From Eledone cirrhosa (lineage: Eukaryota): a DNA stretch of 64,000 bases. Numbering within the stretch: the stretch's first letter is position 1; each line of letters begins with the position of its first letter. Under the pieces are notes generated by a model. It was given only the letters and a program-made list of their open reading frames with translations. It had not been told where the DNA came from and ran no database searches. Where the stretch lies: positions 54,126,001-54,190,000 of the forward strand of contig OZ024745.1 in NCBI GenBank assembly GCA_964016885.1, read 5' to 3'. The translations under genes were made by a program, and so were the position numbers. Shown here one piece after another: positions 56,597-64,000 of this stretch.

Positions 56597-56696
56597 GGAA
56601 TGATTTCCAGAGGCGGGTTGAAGAAATGCGACTGTCCTTTTTTGCGTTGGTTTTCCATTCTCTTTGTCTTGTGTGCCCCCTATTTTATATACATAT

Positions 56697-56881
56697 AATT
56701 GTTTCTACTTTAGGCACAAGGCCAGAAATTACCCAGTGCATTACTGGTACTTTATTTTATCGACCCCGTAAGGATGAAAGGCAAAGTCAACCTCGGCGGG
56801 ATTTGAACTCAGACCGTAAAGGGACGTAACTATGCTGGAAAGCATGGCGTCCGACCCTCTACCGATACTGCCAAATTCACC
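56697..56881 (-). mobile_element. tRNA-derived SINE (Meta-type core)
   Basis: Same family as 38505-38690; B-box gagttcaaatcccgcc on the minus strand. Confidence 0.8.
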
Positions 56882-57529
56882 ATATACTGCAACCAATTAA
56901 GTACCTGACTCTGATAAGGAGCTATGTGTGAATAATCAGTAAAGTCCCAGTGTAGATCTATGTTCAAATTATAATTGTTTCCTGGAATGATAAATTACCA
57001 AATATATTTTAGAATAGATTCGATGAGATATGTTCCCTCCTCCCTCCGAATAATAAGACCTCGTTTCAACTAAAAAAAATTCGATATGAATATATGAAGG
57101 AAGAACATTCCTTTTATACCCACATAAAAAAAGCAACCGTGAAACAGCCATTACAATTCAGAATAATGCAATACAATGCATACCATACATAGAATACCAC
57201 ACAAATGAACGAAACTATATTATACTGTGATATGAATATGCGGAAATGCATGTACATAAATATAAGTATTAATATTGATTTCTTTTGACATCTGCCGATT
57301 CTAGAAATTCAGTAACCCTACCTACTTCAATCATATATTTATATCAGTACACTTTAACAAACGTTACTATAAATTCTTCTTCATGCTTTAAAGTATCTTT
57401 CTTTCTACGTATCTATGGTCTGTGTAGGAGTGATAAGGTATTCTCGTAGCGTATGATACTACTCTTACTACTATGATAATTTCTTAGAATGTACTAGTCT
57501 ACACGCATTACAAAGACACATGCCAAAAT

Positions 57530-58780
57530 TTATGCAGCCGAGTGCAGAGATCTCTTGTTCAGATTGTGAGTATTGGCATTGGGTGTTGGGACGCTGTGTG
57601 CAAGCATGACTTAACTGGATCATGTAAAACGGTGTCTTTCATTCTGTGTTAGTAGTCTTTTCCTGCGCTATGAGCACAAATCTATGACTTGTGTACATTG
57701 TTTAGCAGCGGCAAACTATCTCATGTATTGTAAGCTCTTGATAGCGAGTTATATCAAAACATCAGCTCTATTACCTGCAACAATTCGAAGAGCTTTATTC
57801 TGGACTGCAATGAGGTGTTTGGTTATGGTGACTGATGAATTTATCCACTATAGACAGGCATAATTCAAAATACTTCAGGTTTGTGCTTGTAAACTATGTA
57901 AACTATGTATCTATTCCTTCTTTATCCAGCTTAACTGCAATGTTCTTACCCCTCGAAGCCTCTGTTTTTCTCTTACATATAGAGGAGATATGTTCTGACC
58001 ACACAGGTGTAGGTCTTAATTAGAATCTCAAAGTGTTTATCTGGAATTGCCCAAACGTAGTCCAGGATTTGACGGTATTCTTCTCCATGATGTAAACATT
58101 GCTTTATACTTTAATGCCTCAGATGTTTCTTTTAAATAATTTGACCAGAATGTCATGAATGTAAGGTGTTTGTTTAAGATTACTGTCCAATAGACTTTCT
58201 CTGCCTGTAAATCTAGTGAAAAGATTCGTGGATTCATCAGCGTAAAAGTAGTGTTCATTCCCACATGCATTGATAAGATAACCTATGAGGACTATGAACA
58301 GACGTGGTCCAAGTATTGAACCATATAAAAATATTGTATTGATGGATGAAGTATCAGAATGTTGACATCAAAAGCCGTATCACGTATCTTTTATGATTCG
58401 AGTATGTTCCAGTGTCAGTTATGCCAAACTCTTACGAATGCTACTTTGATGTCCAAAGATATATCAGATATATTCTGACTTACGTCACGGTAACTATCAC
58501 ATAGACGAAATAGGCTTCAAAGAGGCGTTAAATAGTTCCATACAACTTACATTCAGTAATATAACGTAGATTTCATCAAGGTACATGACTGTATCAGGTT
58601 CGCTTTGACGTATTATCTTCAAAATGCCATTTTACGCTGAAAACCACGCTCTGTATCATTCTATGAGAAGGCTGCTCTGATCAATGGGAGTTGGCCGTCA
58701 GCATTTGTCATACGACACTTATATACAAAACCCTTGCAGAAAACATTGGTCTACTTTTCCATTGTGTGCAGAAATCTTTC
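57530..58780 (-). mobile_element. LINE (CR1/L2-like) RT relic
   Basis: Minus strand GSILGPRLFIVLI...FYADE. Confidence 0.5.
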
Positions 58781-59464
58781 TATCTATCGAATTGTATATA
58801 TAGATGAAACCGATTAAATTAAAAAAATATATAAATAGTCGTAAAATTCCTTAGCACATTAATACGGAAATGTTATAAATAACCAAAAAGTCAGCCTGTG
58901 CCTTTTCCAAACCCTTTTTTGTTTTTCCCTATTACACCTGATTTGTAAAGAAACCCTTAATGTTTTAATTTTTCACTAATAATACAGAAGGTAAATTATA
59001 TAAGTTGATAATACAACAGTAAAACATTAAAATATTTAAAGCTCAGATGTGTTTTATTTTTCGACATCCAAATTAACAAAATGTAGTGCAGGGGTAAAAC
59101 AAGTTAGTATATTTCCGGTCATCATAGATATATAATCACAGAACATATACAAACGATCGGTAAATAAATACCTTTGATATGTGGTATAGAATTCATTCTG
59201 AAGATTTCTCTACTAAGCTATTGAAAAGAATATTTTTTTGAAAATGAAACTTATATAAATCAAATAAATAATGTTGAACCTTGGTGGTGATCTATTTCTT
59301 TCTTTACATGTCTCTCTTTATCCACCCAACTCTTTTTATCCCAATAACTTATTTTAGTTATTGTATCGCCCTAGCTGGAGGTATATTGTCTGTAATGCAA
59401 AGAAATACCTATGATGGCTAGTAGACAACTGATGACGGATATTTCTAACTTCTATTTCTAATTC

Positions 59465-59738
<274 letters not shown>

Positions 59739-59920
59739 AGGGGGTGTAACTAGGAGTTACTGCAGGTTCACCCGGGTGAGCACTCGATGTTTAGGTTCAC
59801 TTCTGTGATGATGTGTAGAGCTATACAGAGTGTAATATATAGAGAGGATAAAAAGGACGATTGATTATTCCTATGAAGGAATAATCAATCGTCCTTTTAT
59901 ATATATATATATATATATAT

Positions 59921-59961
<41 letters not shown>

Positions 59962-60015
59962 CTCCGATACCATCAACACTATAAACACAGAGCTGGCATA
60001 TCTAAGAATTGACTA

Positions 60016-60071
60016 ACTGCCTGATGAGGTCATAGCCATTCAATGGTTATCATCGAAATATATATAGCAGT
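60016..60071 (+). ncRNA. Canonical-core hammerhead ribozyme in a solo insertion (59960-60115) between (TA)n tracts
   Basis: actgc CTGATGA ggt c atagccatt c aatggttat c atc GAAA tatata TA gcagt, followed by aataaa. Confidence 0.85.
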
Positions 60072-60112
60072 AAATAAAGGATTATGAGTTCATGCAATTG
60101 ACTTATGTTTCT

Positions 60113-60187
<75 letters not shown>

Positions 60188-60320
60188 ATATATATATATG
60201 TGTGTGTGTGTGTGCGTGTGTGTGAGAGTTTATGTTTTTCATCAAAATGTTCCTGACATATATTTCATATTCCATCCAATGTGGACACACACATACACAC
60301 ACACACACACACACGCACAC

Positions 60321-60447
<127 letters not shown>

Positions 60448-60974
60448 GACAAACCTATGATTTGTTTCGTTCTATTATTTACTTACCCTTGTATTTAATA
60501 ACTTTCCGTCGAGCTATGTGCAAACGTGTTATTTGCCGAGCATTTAGCGTTAGGAGAAACCTTCCAGCGTTGCTTCACTTTCTCTTCCCACCATTCCAAC
60601 ATACCACCATGCCAACATTGCACTGCCGCCAATAACATCGTCACAACTCTACTACAATAAACCACCACTACTACAACTGCACCGTTATTACCACTAACAC
60701 CATTATTATTACAACCCATCATCATTGGCTTTCACCACCCCCACTATAACCCTCACCATCGGCTACCTCCGCCGCCCTTTCTTCGCTAACACACACAGCA
60801 ATCTCTATTTCCACTCCAAATAGACAGCGTCACCTTTATTTATTAATTCCCAGAGACAGACAGATATATACGCACACATAACATATGTGCATAAGTATAT
60901 AAATATGCATACAAATAAATATCTCTTTTTCTTCTTCTCTATCGATCTATCTATCTATCTATCGATCTATCTAT

Positions 60975-61046
<72 letters not shown>

Positions 61047-61215
61047 GCATTTGTGATAACATTTTACACGTTTTTATTGTATGTAAACTTCCCACTTTGT
61101 ATTTGTCCCCTTCTTTTGTGCCCCTGTGGCTAATAAAGAAACATATCTATCTATCTATGCGTGTATCTATCTATCTATTTATCTATCAATCTATCTATCT
61201 ACCTATTCATCTCCC

Positions 61216-61311
<96 letters not shown>

Positions 61312-61983
61312 CTAACTATCTATCTAACCACCTACCTATCTGCCTACCTACCTATCTATCTATCCCCGCCGTTACGTCTTGTAATGTCCCATTTTATACG
61401 CCCCTGTGGCAAATAAAGAAAGATATCTATCTATCTATCTATTTATCTATCTAAACTCACACACATAATTGTGTGTGTGTGGGCATACAAGTAAATGGAT
61501 ATTTTTGTAAATAGGTCACTGGAGGGGATTATATGAGGCAGTAAAACGCTTGAGTAGATCGGGGGGATATTATTACTATTATTACACCCCCCACAACACA
61601 CACACACACACAGATAGAGTAGAGCGAGAGAGAAGATAAGTATATATGTGATAGTGATTATAAATAAGTGAGAAATGAATAGGACATTAATTCGGACATG
61701 TTTGTGTATCATTAAGAAGTTAGAGTGTACATACCTATCATACATACCTTTACACGAACGTTACACGCATACACATACATACACACGCACACATGGACAT
61801 ACGCACACACACATACACACATATTTTTGTATATATATTATATGTATACTATAAGTAGCAGAAGACAACACACTCAGACACACATGAATATAATATAAGA
61901 CATTCTTGTATGTGCATATTTATAAGTTGATTAATATTCGTAGATATCTTTATAGATATATTAACTATCTCTCGTTTTTGTAT

Positions 61984-62035
<52 letters not shown>

Positions 62036-62098
62036 CGGTCAGCAGCCGCCATGGAGAATCGAATACATATACATATAGAAATATATATGTGTGTATAG

Positions 62099-62888
<790 letters not shown>

Positions 62889-63256
62889 GGGCTGAAATGC
62901 GATTCTCGATAATTTATATTTATATATATATATATATATATATATAATTCTATACACACATATATATTTCTATATGTATATGTATTCGATTCTCCATTGC
63001 GGCTGCTGACCAATTTTCTTCCAGTCCTTAGGGTTATTTTAACCGATTTCAAAAGCTATTATTTATAGAAATCACCTGTTGTTACAGTTATTTTCTGTGT
63101 TTGGGATTGCTACATTTTTCTAAGTGAATCACAAAGTACCGAGTGCCACGATAGATTGTTCAGAAGGTTGACTGGTCACACATGTGCTTTTTCTACAAAG
63201 TATTTTCCATTCCTCTCTCCACTCTCTATCTTACTGTGTCTTTTATTTCTTATTCT

Positions 63257-63294
63257 AGCTTCTGATGAAAGACTAGTATCCGAAATGTTGAACT
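63257..63294 (+). ncRNA. Degenerate minimal hammerhead
   Basis: agctt CTGATGA aaga ctagta tcc GAAA tg TT gaact; mismatches in stems I and II. Confidence 0.45.
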
Positions 63295-63368
63295 TGTTTT
63301 TATACTATAACAAACCTTAAACTAATATATTCTTCATAGTACTGTTCTGTATGGTTTGTCATTTCCAT

Positions 63369-63428
<60 letters not shown>

Positions 63429-63445
63429 ACACACACACACACACA

Positions 63446-63570
<125 letters not shown>

Positions 63571-63591
63571 GCACACACCTATGTATGTGTT

Positions 63592-63644
<53 letters not shown>

Positions 63645-64000
63645 CCTAGGTATTCGGATTATCTCATATCGTGTGATATATGTAGAAAATCCTTGTCATC
63701 TAATCGGTCAAGCGAAGTGAAATTGATAGCATTAGCCCACACCAATTGAATCGTTATATTTGTCCGAATATAGTCGCTCCAATGCACGTATTTAGTACAC
63801 TTACATTCTCTCGTTTTTACCTTGTACATATATATGTGTATATGAATTGTATATACACACACATAAACACAGACGCACACAGACGCACACAGACGCACAC
63901 AGACACGCATACACACATACACCCCCCCCCCCCCCCACACACACATATCAATATCTATATATAAATGTGTGTGTGTGTGTATACATATATATAGGTACAT

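Overview
Animal (eukaryotic) intergenic or intronic DNA. It is very AT-rich and packed with (TA)n, (CA)n, (TC)n, (TAA)n and (TATC)n microsatellites; the repeat and SINE make-up resembles an octopus/cephalopod genome (inference). No host gene exon is recognisable, and nearly all short ORFs are microsatellite artefacts. The real content is retroelements nested in microsatellites. Penelope-like elements (PLEs, RT + GIY-YIG) of three apparent clades are present: Neptune-like at 1-3612 and 30120-32820, Naiad-like at 21145-25332 with a 731-aa open RT-EN ORF, and Nematis-like at 33088-36815, 47247-48900 and 55860-56476. There is also an R4/Dong LINE in (TAA)n, an RTE LINE, a Tc1/mariner relic and tRNA-derived SINEs. 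The main unexplained signal is a dense set of more than 20 hammerhead-ribozyme (HHR) motifs from about 10 families, several with recurrent non-canonical cores (U3-A8, U10.1.U11.1, U4A, giant stem II). Many sit in ORF-less, terminally redundant or circularly permuted units of 312 and 427 bp (retrozyme-like) and in fold-back insertions whose junctions often fall on the ribozyme itself. All folds were read by eye.
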